Of a DNA stretch of 58,645 nt, positions 35,746-44,312 are shown in pieces; the stretch's first letter is position 1; each line of letters opens with the position of its first letter. Below the pieces are notes generated by a model. That model searched no databases. It was not told the DNA's origin and worked only from the letters and a program-made list of their open reading frames with translations. Position numbers and translations under genes: made by a program. The DNA lies in contig DATMIH010000170.1 of the NCBI GenBank assembly GCA_035554595.1, positions 1 to 58,645 of the forward strand, given 5' to 3'. The stretch comes from Solirubrobacterales bacterium (GTDB lineage Bacteria; Actinomycetota; Thermoleophilia; Solirubrobacterales; 70-9).

Positions 35746-36939
35746 CTAGGCCGCCGGCTTGTAGACGGTGACCACGGCGGCGCCGCCGAGGCCGATGTTG
35801 TGCTGCAGCGCCAGCTTGGCGCCCTCCACCTGCCGCTTGTCGGCGTCGCCGCGTAGCTGCCAGGTCAGTTCCGAGCACTGCGCCAGCCCGGTCGCGCCCA
35901 GCGGGTGGCCCTTGGAGATCAGCCCGCCAGAGGGGTTGACGACGACCTTGCCGCCGTAGGTGGTCGCTTCTTCCTCGACCAGCCTGTGCGCCTCGCCCTC
36001 TGCCGCGAACCCGAGTGCTTCATAGGTGATGAGCTCGTTGGCGCTGAAGCAGTCGTGCAGCTCGCAGACGTCGACTTCCTCGGCGGCGACGCCGGCCTCG
36101 GCGTAGGCCTCGTTGGCGGCCTGCTTCGACATGTCGGAGCCGACGATCTTCATGCAGTCGGTGTCCTCGGCGAAGGTCGAGCTGAGGTCGGTCACCATCG
36201 ACTGGCCGGCGATCTCAATCGCCCGGTCGCCGAGGCCGTGCTCTTCGACGTAGCGCTCGGAGGCGACGATCGCGCAGGCCGAGCCGTCGGAGGTGGGTGA
36301 GCACTGCAGCTTGGTCAGCGGGTCGTGGATCATCCGCGCGCCCTTGATGTCCTCGAGGCTGTACTCGTCCTGGAACTGGGCGTAGGGATTGTTGACCGAG
36401 TGCTTGTGGTTCTTCCAGCCGATCCAGGCGTAGTGGTCAGGGTTGGAGCCGTACTTCTGCATGTGGTCGCGGCCGGCGTTGCCGAACATCTGCGGGGCCG
36501 GCGGTGACTGCTCGGGGTCGCGGATCTCGAACATCCGCATCGCGTGCTTGTCGAGCGCGTTGGTGCGGTCGGTGTACTTGACGCCGAGGCTGCCGGGCTC
36601 CATCTTCTCGAAGCCGAGCGCCAGGGCGCAATCGACCAGGCCGCCCTTGACCGCCTGGCGCGCAAGGAAGAGCGCCGAGGAGCCGGTCGAGCAGTTGTTG
36701 TTGACGTTGACGACTGGGATCCCGGTGAGGCCGAGCTGGTAGAGCGCCCGCTGGCCGTAGGTGGAGTCGCCGTAGCAGTAGCCGGCGAAGGCCTGCTGCA
36801 CGTCCTCGTAGGGAATGCCGGCATCGGCGAGCGCCTTCTCCCCCGCCTCCTTGGCCCAATCGGGGTAGTCGCCCTCCTTGGTCCCGGGCTTCTCGAACTT
36901 GGTCATCCCGACCCCGATCACGAACGTGCGGTTGCTCAA
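35746..36939 (-). CDS. SCP-x-type thiolase / lipid-transfer protein-like thiolase
   Basis: Thiolase fold with the active-site Cys in [10 protein letters not shown] and the C-terminal NIGLGGA. Confidence 0.8.
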   Translation of the reverse strand: MSNRTFVIGVGMTKFEKPGTKEGDYPDWAKEAGEKALADAGIPYEDVQQAFAGYCYGDSTYGQRALYQLGLTGIPVVNVNNNCSTGSSALFLARQAVKGGLVDCALALGFEKMEPGSLGVKYTDRTNALDKHAMRMFEIRDPEQSPPAPQMFGNAGRDHMQKYGSNPDHYAWIGWKNHKHSVNNPYAQFQDEYSLEDIKGARMIHDPLTKLQCSPTSDGSACAIVASERYVEEHGLGDRAIEIAGQSMVTDLSSTFAEDTDCMKIVGSDMSKQAANEAYAEAGVAAEEVDVCELHDCFSANELITYEALGFAAEGEAHRLVEEEATTYGGKVVVNPSGGLISKGHPLGATGLAQCSELTWQLRGDADKRQVEGAKLALQHNIGLGGAAVVTVYKPAA

Positions 36940-37035
36940 AGTCTGCTCCTGTGTCGCCGCGAGCGCCTCTCGCGGTTTGGCTGGTCAGCCAGGAAATCTA
37001 CCGGTCGGACCGGTGCGGTGGCGATACTGCATTGA

Positions 37036-38016
37036 GTGATCGTCGACTGCGCCGTCTATGAGCAGGGAAAACGCCGTGCCGGCGGCCTCAGTCTCGACCA
37101 GGCGGGCAAAGCCTGCCGGACCGACGGCGGCTTCGTCTGGCTCGGCGTGGCCGAACCCTCGGCCGAGGAATTTGGAGAGGTCGCGCGCGAGTTCGGGCTG
37201 CACGAGCTTGCGGTGGAGGACGCGGTCAAGGCCCACCAGCGACCCAAGGTCGAGCTCTTCGGCGAGACCCTCTTCGTCGTTGTCAAGACCGTCACCCACC
37301 CCGATCCCTCTCCGAGCGGTGGCCACGCGATCGAGATCGGCGAGCTGCTGCTCTTCGTCAACCCCGACTTCATCATCACCGTTCGCCACGGTGCGGGCGA
37401 GCTGAGCTCGGTCAGGGAGCGGGTCGAGCGCCGGCCCGATCTGCTCACCCACGGCACCGGCGTCGTCCTCTACGCGATCCTCGACCACGTCGTCGACGGT
37501 TACGGCGACGTCTCCCAGACGATCGACGGTGAGATCCAGGCGGTCGAGCGCGAGGTCTTCTCCGAGGAGCGGACCAACCCGGCCGAGCAGATCTACAAGC
37601 TCGAGCGCGAGGTTCTCGATCTCTACCGGGCGGTGGCGCCGCTGCTGGAAGCGGTGGACGAGATCGACGAAGGCCGCTTCGAGGCAATCCCCGGCGAGCT
37701 GCACGACTACTTCCGCGACGTCCACGACCACCTCCAACGCGTCACCGGCCGGGTAACGAGCTTCCGCGAGCTGCTGAGCAGTGCCCTGCAGGCAAACCTG
37801 ACCCAGGTCTCGGTGCGCCAGAACGAGGACATGCGCAAGATCTCGGCCTGGGTCGCGATTGCCGCCGTGCCGACGATGGTCGCCGGCATCTACGGGATGA
37901 ACTTCGACCACATGCCGGAGCTGCACTGGCGCTACGGCTACTTCACCGTGCTCGTCCTGATCGCCCTGGTCTGCCTGGCGCTGTACCGGCGCTTCAAGCG
38001 CGTCGGCTGGTTGTAG
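37036..38016 (+). CDS. corA: Magnesium/cobalt transporter CorA
   Basis: YGMNF signature before the last TM helix, with the typical cytoplasmic N-domain. Confidence 0.9.
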   Translation: MIVDCAVYEQGKRRAGGLSLDQAGKACRTDGGFVWLGVAEPSAEEFGEVAREFGLHELAVEDAVKAHQRPKVELFGETLFVVVKTVTHPDPSPSGGHAIEIGELLLFVNPDFIITVRHGAGELSSVRERVERRPDLLTHGTGVVLYAILDHVVDGYGDVSQTIDGEIQAVEREVFSEERTNPAEQIYKLEREVLDLYRAVAPLLEAVDEIDEGRFEAIPGELHDYFRDVHDHLQRVTGRVTSFRELLSSALQANLTQVSVRQNEDMRKISAWVAIAAVPTMVAGIYGMNFDHMPELHWRYGYFTVLVLIALVCLALYRRFKRVGWL

Positions 38017-38062
38017 GAACCGCCGCTACCCGCTCGAAGCGTCAATCTGAAAAACTTGAGCA

Positions 38063-38668
38063 ATGAGCGGGAGGGCATTGCGAATCTTTCTGATCTGCGC
38101 GTTGACGGCCTTGCTAGCTGGCGTGACTGCTGCCAATGCTGGCGCCGTGGTGTGGAAATTCGAACACAAAGCGCTGGCCGGCTCGGAATCGATCGCCGGG
38201 GCTGCGGTTGAAAGCAGCTTGACGGCCCCTGGCTTGAAAACCGTCTGCGACTTTTCCTATGGCATGGCGATCTCGAATTCCAATTTGAAAGCCGCAGGAA
38301 AAATGAGCGAAGTCGCGATCAGCAACTGCCATACGGACAGCAAAGCCTGCACGGTCAAATCCAGCACGGCACAAAAACTTCCCTGGAGCGCGCACGGGAC
38401 GACGGTCGGGTCGACGAACTACGTCGTCGTCGAAGGAATCAAATTCAGCATCCTCTACGCGGGCGAAGAATGTGTCCTGGGGGAAACGCTGGTCACGTTT
38501 ACCGGGACTGCTGGTGGCAAATACGACAACACCGTCGGCACTTTCACTTTCGACAAAGCGAGTTTCTTGGCCACGGGCACCGCGATCGAAGGACTGACCG
38601 AATGGAACGCGACCTTCACGACTGAAGCGCTCGGTCCGCACAAAGGACAGCTGCTGGAACTCGGCTAG
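38063..38668 (+). CDS. Orphan secreted protein, compositionally atypical
   Basis: Signal peptide (..TAANA). Four Cys. Many A/T-ending codons (AAA, GAA, TTT, AAT) are visible, unlike the neighbouring genes. No family recognised. Confidence 0.55.
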   Translation: MSGRALRIFLICALTALLAGVTAANAGAVVWKFEHKALAGSESIAGAAVESSLTAPGLKTVCDFSYGMAISNSNLKAAGKMSEVAISNCHTDSKACTVKSSTAQKLPWSAHGTTVGSTNYVVVEGIKFSILYAGEECVLGETLVTFTGTAGGKYDNTVGTFTFDKASFLATGTAIEGLTEWNATFTTEALGPHKGQLLELG

Positions 38669-39738
38669 CCGGTGTTTGTTTCACCACGGTTTGGCCAGAG
38701 CAGGAAGGAGGCGCCGGCAATCGCTATGCCGATCGCGGTGGCGATGGCGCGCTGGCCGGCCGCGTGCAGCGCCCCCTCCCCAATCGAGTCTGCGAGCAGC
38801 ACCGCGTAGGTCGTAATCGCAGCGGTGAAGAGCGCGTACTGGACCGTCAACAGGCCGTAAGCGAAAGCGGTCGCGAGTGTCAGGGCAACGGCGACCGCCA
38901 CGCCATTGCCGCCGATCCACTCGGCCAGCGCGGTGGCCAGCACCAGGCCCACCACTGTCCCGACCGCGCGCAGGATCAGGCGGCGAAAGGTCTCTTCTTT
39001 CTCCGGGCGCAGGACGAAGAGGATCGTTAGCGGGATCCAGAAGCCGTGTTCGTGCATCCCGATCAGCCAGTAGACCGAGACGCCGGCGGCCAGGGCGGCG
39101 CCGAAGCGCAAGCCGTGGCGGAGGCTGGTTGAGCTCAGGCTCAGGTTCGAGCCCAGGGCGGCCAGGGCGGCGCGGCTGCTCCATCCCTCCGCTCCCCCCT
39201 CCTCGCTGCGGTCGCCGGCGATCCAGACGCAGACGGAAAAGGCCGCCTGCAGCAGTCCCCCAGCCGTCGCGAGCAGGAAGGCTGCGCCGATGTCGCCGAG
39301 GTCAAGCGGTAGGTCCTGGGTGATGACCAGCGCCAGCGCCACCGAGAGGCCGGCGATCGAGAGTCGCAGTGAGACCGAGAAGCAATAGCCGGCCGCTGCG
39401 CCAACCACCGCTATCGCGGCGACCGCCGGTAGGGCGCTCGATCCGGTCAGCACCCCCAGCGCCGCGGCAAGGCCGATCAACGGCGCGACGGCTGCCTGCC
39501 AGGCCGCCCGGGTCCGTGCCGGCGCGTCGAGCCCCGGAAAGCCGGCAAGCAGCGCGCCGGTGCCGATCGCCCCCTTGCTCGCGCTGCTCAGTCCCAGCTC
39601 GAGCAGCAGCGCCAGGCCCACCGGCACGGCGACCAGGGCGCCGCGGCGAAGCGCCGGCCCGGGCTGGCTCGGGCCGATAGCCAGCAGCGGCGACGCTCTT
39701 AGGCGGCTGGCGGTGCCGGCAGCGTTGAAGAGCTCCAC
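38665..39738 (-). CDS. FUSC-family (fusaric acid resistance-like / aromatic acid exporter-like) membrane protein
   Basis: Multi-TM protein with a GFWIPLTILFVLRPEKEETFRR.ILR..GT..G core. Start is uncertain because it overlaps the downstream gene's 3' end. Confidence 0.6.
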   Translation of the reverse strand: MELFNAAGTASRLRASPLLAIGPSQPGPALRRGALVAVPVGLALLLELGLSSASKGAIGTGALLAGFPGLDAPARTRAAWQAAVAPLIGLAAALGVLTGSSALPAVAAIAVVGAAAGYCFSVSLRLSIAGLSVALALVITQDLPLDLGDIGAAFLLATAGGLLQAAFSVCVWIAGDRSEEGGAEGWSSRAALAALGSNLSLSSTSLRHGLRFGAALAAGVSVYWLIGMHEHGFWIPLTILFVLRPEKEETFRRLILRAVGTVVGLVLATALAEWIGGNGVAVAVALTLATAFAYGLLTVQYALFTAAITTYAVLLADSIGEGALHAAGQRAIATAIGIAIAGASFLLWPNRGETNTG

Positions 39739-40040
39739 GCCGCAAGTCTCTCGTTGGCGGCGGCGGCGAGGGCGAAGGTCAAGGCGTAAGGGAGATGCTT
39801 CCGGCGGTAGCAGGGGCAGGGGTTGTCCTCACAGGCGACGCCGTCGTTGTCGCCATCGAGGCGGTCGGGGTCTTCCTGGGGGCCGCCGTGCTTGAGGAAG
39901 AAGAACTGGGCGGCTCGCTGGCTCTTGAAGTCGGCGCAGTCCTTGTCGGCGGCCGACGCCGTCGCCGGCAGGAGCAGCGCCGCGCTGATCGTCAGAGCGG
40001 CGAGGCAGAGGAGAAGCGGCTTGCGCAGGGCTAAGGGCAT
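39699..40040 (-). CDS. Secreted Excalibur calcium-binding domain protein
   Basis: Signal peptide (..ATASA), then a CADF...DRLDGDNDGVACED Excalibur motif. ATG 40040 is preceded by AAGGAG. Confidence 0.75.
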   Translation of the reverse strand: MPLALRKPLLLCLAALTISAALLLPATASAADKDCADFKSQRAAQFFFLKHGGPQEDPDRLDGDNDGVACEDNPCPCYRRKHLPYALTFALAAAANERLAAWSSSTLPAPPAA

Positions 40041-40890
40041 GATCGGACTCCTTACGTTCCTGGACAGGGACGCGGACGATCTTAAGATCCAAACCCGCCG
40101 GAGGGCCGCCCAAGTACCCTGGTGGGCCGTGCTTTTCGCCGCCCTGAGCACCGACCCGGCCGCCGGAGTCGGCATTTTCGCCGCCCTCGCCGCGGGGGTC
40201 GTCTCCTTCCTCTCCCCCTGCGTGCTGCCGCTGGTTCCGGGCTATCTCTCGGCCGTCAGCGGCGTCTCAGCGGCCGAGCTAGAGACGGCGGGCTGGCGGC
40301 GCATCCTCGCCCCCAGCCTGCTTTTCGTCGCCAGCTTCTCGGCGATTTTCGTCGCCGAGGGCCTGACCGCGACCGCGCTCGGCTCCGCCTTCCAGGACCA
40401 CGAAGAACTGCTCAGCAAAATCGCCGCGGCGCTGATCATCGCCATGGGGGTGCTCTTCGTCTCCTCGCTCTTCGTCACCCGCCTCAACCGCGAGTGGCAC
40501 GTCGATGCCCTGCTCGAACGGGCGGGGCGGGGCGGCCCGATCGTCGCCGGCGCCGCCTTCGCGATTGCTTGGACCCCTTGCATCGGCCCCACTCTCGGCG
40601 CCATCCTCACCGCCGCCTCACTGTCGGGCTCGGCCGCGCACGGTGCTCTGCTCCTGGTCGTCTACTCGGCCGGTCTGGCAATTCCCTTCCTGCTCACCGC
40701 GATCGCCTTCTCGCGCATGACCACCGCCTTCACCGTGGTCAAGCGCCACTACCAGGCGATCGTCGCCACCGGCGGCGTGATCCTGATCGCGATGGGCGTG
40801 CTGATCTGGACCAACGAGCTGACCCAGCTCAACTCCGAAGCCCAGCGCTGGCTCTCCGGCCTCGGCCTCGATTTCTGGAACAGCGTTTGA
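40039..40890 (+). CDS. ccdA: Cytochrome c biogenesis / thiol-disulfide electron transporter CcdA (DsbD TM domain)
   Basis: FLSPCVLPLVPGYLS motif and six TM helices. Start is uncertain (ATG 40039, or internal GTG 40128). Confidence 0.8.
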   Translation: MIGLLTFLDRDADDLKIQTRRRAAQVPWWAVLFAALSTDPAAGVGIFAALAAGVVSFLSPCVLPLVPGYLSAVSGVSAAELETAGWRRILAPSLLFVASFSAIFVAEGLTATALGSAFQDHEELLSKIAAALIIAMGVLFVSSLFVTRLNREWHVDALLERAGRGGPIVAGAAFAIAWTPCIGPTLGAILTAASLSGSAAHGALLLVVYSAGLAIPFLLTAIAFSRMTTAFTVVKRHYQAIVATGGVILIAMGVLIWTNELTQLNSEAQRWLSGLGLDFWNSV

Positions 40891-40895
40891 GCGCG

Positions 40896-40937
40896 CATCC
40901 GACTTTGACCACCCTCAGGCGGGGTCAAGGTCGGATG
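40896..40937. terminator. Hairpin between convergent genes (possible bidirectional terminator)
   Basis: 15-bp arms (40896-40910 / 40923-40937) with one mismatch. Confidence 0.5.
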
Positions 40938-40949
40938 GGCGCACCGGCC

Positions 40950-41231
40950 TCAGTTGTTGACGACCGGGACGACGGTCTCGAGCTCTTGGCCGACTGCCTC
41001 AGTCTCCTCCAGCCCCTCGCCGTCGAGGTCGCGGGAGCAGACGATGCGGAAGCGGCCGGTGCCGATCTCCGCGTCCGGCACGACGGGAAGGCCGCGGATG
41101 TGATCCCAGCCCAGCCGCTCGACCTCGAAGGGATTCATCCGCACCTCAGCCGCCGGGAAGGGGCAGCTGGAGTTGTGCTGGTCGATCGCCTTGGAGATCG
41201 CCTCGAGGTTCTTTGCCTCAGGAGAAGCCAT
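40950..41231 (-). CDS. Small hypothetical protein (93 aa)
   Basis: Only the 3' 93 codons of the 320-aa track ORF look protein-like. No family recognised. Confidence 0.35.
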   Translation of the reverse strand: MASPEAKNLEAISKAIDQHNSSCPFPAAEVRMNPFEVERLGWDHIRGLPVVPDAEIGTGRFRIVCSRDLDGEGLEETEAVGQELETVVPVVNN

Positions 41232-41259
41232 CGCCGGGAAGTCTAAGAGGGTCGTCCAG

Positions 41260-41676
41260 CTACAGGGTGCCGCCGGTGTCGTAGGTCTCGCCCGGCGTGG
41301 CGCCGAGTGCGAGCAGGCGCAGGCCGCCGGGGCCCGGCGTGACCTTGCGCTTGACCGAAGGGCCAACGCGAACGATGTGGTCGGGGCTGAGCTCGTAGCG
41401 CTCCCCGTCCGCTTCGAGCGTGCCGGAGCCGCGCAGGGCGACGTAGACCTCTTCCTGGCCCAGCTGCTGAGGGCGCTTGGCGAACATCTCGCCACCGAGA
41501 CCGTCCTCGGAGTGATCGTGTTCCGGGTATTCGTCGGCGCCAGGATCGAGATCGACGATCGAGATGCCAAAGGCGCTGATGCCGAGTCCTGCGGCAACTT
41601 GGACCATCGAGACCTTCTCAAAGTAGCCGTCGAGGGCGTTGAGGTCATCGATCTTGCTGTGGGCGACGTCGGCCAT
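41260..41676 (-). CDS. Cupin domain protein
   Basis: Cupin motif 1-like (PEHDHSEDG) and beta-barrel pattern (EVYVALRGSGTLEADGERYEL). Confidence 0.65.
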   Translation of the reverse strand: MADVAHSKIDDLNALDGYFEKVSMVQVAAGLGISAFGISIVDLDPGADEYPEHDHSEDGLGGEMFAKRPQQLGQEEVYVALRGSGTLEADGERYELSPDHIVRVGPSVKRKVTPGPGGLRLLALGATPGETYDTGGTL

Positions 41677-41741
41677 GTCGACACGCTACCCAGCCTCCCA
41701 GAGTCTGAATCGCCGTCTTCCCTCCCTCCTACCATCGGACC

Positions 41742-42830
41742 GTGGCCTTTGAGCGAACCGTCGCGCACCTCGACATGGACGCGTTCTACGCGTCGGTTGA
41801 GTTGCGGCGGCGGCCGGAGTTGAGGGGGAAGCCCGTGATCGTCTGCGGCTCGGGGCCGCGGGCGGTGGTGACGACGGCCAGCTATGAGGCGCGCAAGCTG
41901 GCGGGGATCCACTCAGCGATGCCGGCGGCCGTGGCGCGGCGGCGGTTGCCCGACGCGGTCTATCTACAGCCTGACTTCACCACCTATCGCGAGGCCTCGG
42001 TGCGGGTGATGGAGGTGCTGCGGAGCAATGCGGAGACGGTTGAGGTGGTCGGGCTCGACGAGGCCTACATCGACCTCACCGGGCTCTTCTCTCCGAAGGC
42101 GACGATGCGGCGAATCGCCAGCGAAATCCGTGAGCAGACCGGGCTGACCTGCTCGGTCGGTATTTCGGAGAGCCGCATGCTGGCCAAGATCACCAGCGAG
42201 CTAGGCAAGCCCGCCGGTCTTGTCGTGCTCTCGCGCGAGGAAGCGCTGGAGCGCTTCGCGGCTGAGTCCCCCGGCCTGATCCCCGGGATCGGGCCGAAGA
42301 CGGTGACCAAGCTCGGCGGGATGGGCATCCGCACCCTGACCGAGCTGCGCGCCCAGGACCCCGAGATGCTCGAGGGGGCATTCGGGCCGCGCCAGGGGCG
42401 CTGGCTGCACCGCCGCGCCCACCTCGAAGACGAGACGCCGGTGACGGTCGTGCGCGAGACCAAGTCGCAATCGGCCGAGACGACCTTCGACGTCGATATC
42501 GGCGACCGAGCCGAGCTCGAGAGTCACTTGGGACACCTCGCTGAGGAGCTCTGCCGCCGCCTGGGCAAGCGCAATCTGCGCGGCCGCTCGATCGGGATCA
42601 AGGTGCGCCTCGACGACTGGACCAACATCACCCGCTCGCACAGCGTCGCCGAGCCGACCAACGATCTCTCCGTGGTCGGGCCGATCGCCCTCGACCTCCT
42701 GCGGGCCTACGACCCGCCCCGGCCGGTGCGCCTGCTCGGCGTGCGGGTTGCCTCCTTTGAGAGCGAGGCCGAGGAGTCGGCCGAGCCCGAAGAGGAGCGC
42801 GATCAGCTGCAGCTCGGCCTGACCGCCTGA
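41742..42830 (+). CDS. dinB: DNA polymerase IV (Y-family)
   Basis: HLDMDAFYASVE and SVGIS motifs, and the Y-family little-finger region. Confidence 0.9.
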   Translation: MAFERTVAHLDMDAFYASVELRRRPELRGKPVIVCGSGPRAVVTTASYEARKLAGIHSAMPAAVARRRLPDAVYLQPDFTTYREASVRVMEVLRSNAETVEVVGLDEAYIDLTGLFSPKATMRRIASEIREQTGLTCSVGISESRMLAKITSELGKPAGLVVLSREEALERFAAESPGLIPGIGPKTVTKLGGMGIRTLTELRAQDPEMLEGAFGPRQGRWLHRRAHLEDETPVTVVRETKSQSAETTFDVDIGDRAELESHLGHLAEELCRRLGKRNLRGRSIGIKVRLDDWTNITRSHSVAEPTNDLSVVGPIALDLLRAYDPPRPVRLLGVRVASFESEAEESAEPEEERDQLQLGLTA

Positions 42831-42884
42831 AGCACCCTCCGCGGCTTCACAAAAGCTCTTGGATCGTGTGCGAAGATTGCTCGG

Positions 42885-44312
42885 GTGAGCGCCGACAGAC
42901 TGACCGGACTCGACTCGTCATTCCTGCACATGGAGCGCGCCGGCGCCCATATGCACGTCGCCTCGACCAGCATCTTCGTGGGACCGGCGCCGAGCATCGG
43001 CGAGTTCCGCGACCACATCGCCTCGCGGCTGCACCTGGTGCCGCGCTTCCGCCAGAAGCTTCGCTTCGTCCCCTTCGGTCAGGGCCGGCCGGTCTGGGTC
43101 GACGACCCGCACCTCAACATGGAGTACCACGTGCGCCAGACCGCGCTGCCGGCACCGGGCTCCGAGGAGCAGCTGCGCAACCTGGCGGCGCGGATCTTCT
43201 CCCAGCAGCTCGATCGCAGCAAGCCGCTCTGGGAGCTGTGGCTGGTCGAGGGCCTTGACGGCGACCGCTTCGCGATCGTCGGCAAGAGCCACCACGCGCT
43301 CGTCGACGGCATCTCCGGCGTCGATATCACCACCGTCCTCTTCGACACCGAGAAGGAACCGGACAACCCGCCGGCGCTGCCGCCCAAGTGGGCGCCGCGG
43401 CCCGAGCCAACCGATTTCAAACTGCTCAGCGACGCCCTGCGCGAGCGCACCACCAGCCCGCAGGAGATCGTCCGCGGTGTCCGTGCGGCGCTGCGTGGGC
43501 CGCGCCAGGTGCTGCGGGGGGTCGGTGCGACCAGCAAGATGGTCAGCGCCGGGATGGCGGCGCCGTCAACCCCCTTCAACGTCGAGATCGGCCCCCACCG
43601 CCGCGTCGCCTTCGTCCGCAGCGACCTCGGGGCGCTGAAGCAGATCAAGAACCAGCACGGCGGCACCGTCAACGACGTCATCCTCTCGGTCGTCGCCGGC
43701 GCGATCGGCAACTACCTGCGTGCCCGCGGCCACGACACCGAGGACCTCGAGATGCGGGCGATGGTGCCGGTTAGCGTGCGTGCCGAGGAGGAGCGCGGCG
43801 CGCTCGGCAACCGCATCTCGGCGATGATGGCGCCGCTGCCGATCTGGTGCGAGGACCCGGTGCGGCGGCTGCATCTGGTCAGCGAGATCATGGGTGACCT
43901 CAAGGGCTCCGGCCAGGCCGTCGGCGCCGAGATCCTCACTCGCATCGTCGACTTCGCCCCGACCACGATCGCCTCGCAGGCAGCCCGCCTGCAGCCGGCG
44001 CAGCGCTTCTTCAACCTCGTCGTCACCAACGTCCCCGGCCCGCAGTTCCCGCTCTTCGTGCTGGGACGGGAAATGGAATCGATCTTCCCGATGGTGCCGC
44101 TGGCCCGCCGCCAGGCGCTCTGCGTCGGGATCATGTCCTACAACGGCCAGGTCGACTTCGGCCTGATCGGTGATTACGACGCAATGGCCGACCTCGAGAG
44201 CTTCGGCCTCGATCTCGAAGGGGCGATCGCTGAGATCGCCGGGGCCGCAGCTACCGGCTCTCAGGGCAGCAGCCGAGCCGAGACGCGGAACGGCGCGCTG
44301 TCGGTCAAGTAG
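42885..44312 (+). CDS. Wax ester synthase/diacylglycerol acyltransferase (WS/DGAT)
   Basis: Catalytic HHxxxDG (HHALVDGISG) and the typical two-domain length. Confidence 0.88.
   Translation: MSADRLTGLDSSFLHMERAGAHMHVASTSIFVGPAPSIGEFRDHIASRLHLVPRFRQKLRFVPFGQGRPVWVDDPHLNMEYHVRQTALPAPGSEEQLRNLAARIFSQQLDRSKPLWELWLVEGLDGDRFAIVGKSHHALVDGISGVDITTVLFDTEKEPDNPPALPPKWAPRPEPTDFKLLSDALRERTTSPQEIVRGVRAALRGPRQVLRGVGATSKMVSAGMAAPSTPFNVEIGPHRRVAFVRSDLGALKQIKNQHGGTVNDVILSVVAGAIGNYLRARGHDTEDLEMRAMVPVSVRAEEERGALGNRISAMMAPLPIWCEDPVRRLHLVSEIMGDLKGSGQAVGAEILTRIVDFAPTTIASQAARLQPAQRFFNLVVTNVPGPQFPLFVLGREMESIFPMVPLARRQALCVGIMSYNGQVDFGLIGDYDAMADLESFGLDLEGAIAEIAGAAATGSQGSSRAETRNGALSVK

Noticed and set aside
34289-35749. 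486-aa plus-strand ORF opposite the methyltransferase and SDR genes
   Set aside because: It is antisense to two minus-strand genes with clear motifs and a good RBS. Its composition is that of a shadow ORF.
36940-37035. Possible Mg2+ (M-box) riboswitch upstream of corA
   Set aside because: Only ~96 nt are available, with a few short hairpins. That is too short for an M-box, and none of its conserved segments are recognisable.
36985-37926. 313-aa minus-strand ORF antisense to corA
   Set aside because: CorA (YGMNF) on the plus strand explains the region. The antisense ORF lacks motifs.
40122-41246. 374-aa plus-strand ORF overlapping ccdA in another frame
   Set aside because: The product is an Arg/Pro/Gly-rich low-complexity sequence. 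The CcdA frame carries the conserved CVLPLVPGY motif and TM helices.
40950-41912. 320-aa minus-strand ORF as one gene
   Set aside because: The upstream 227 codons overlap the cupin gene (another frame) and the dinB start, and are Arg/Pro/Ser-rich. Only the last 93 codons were kept, and even those at low confidence.
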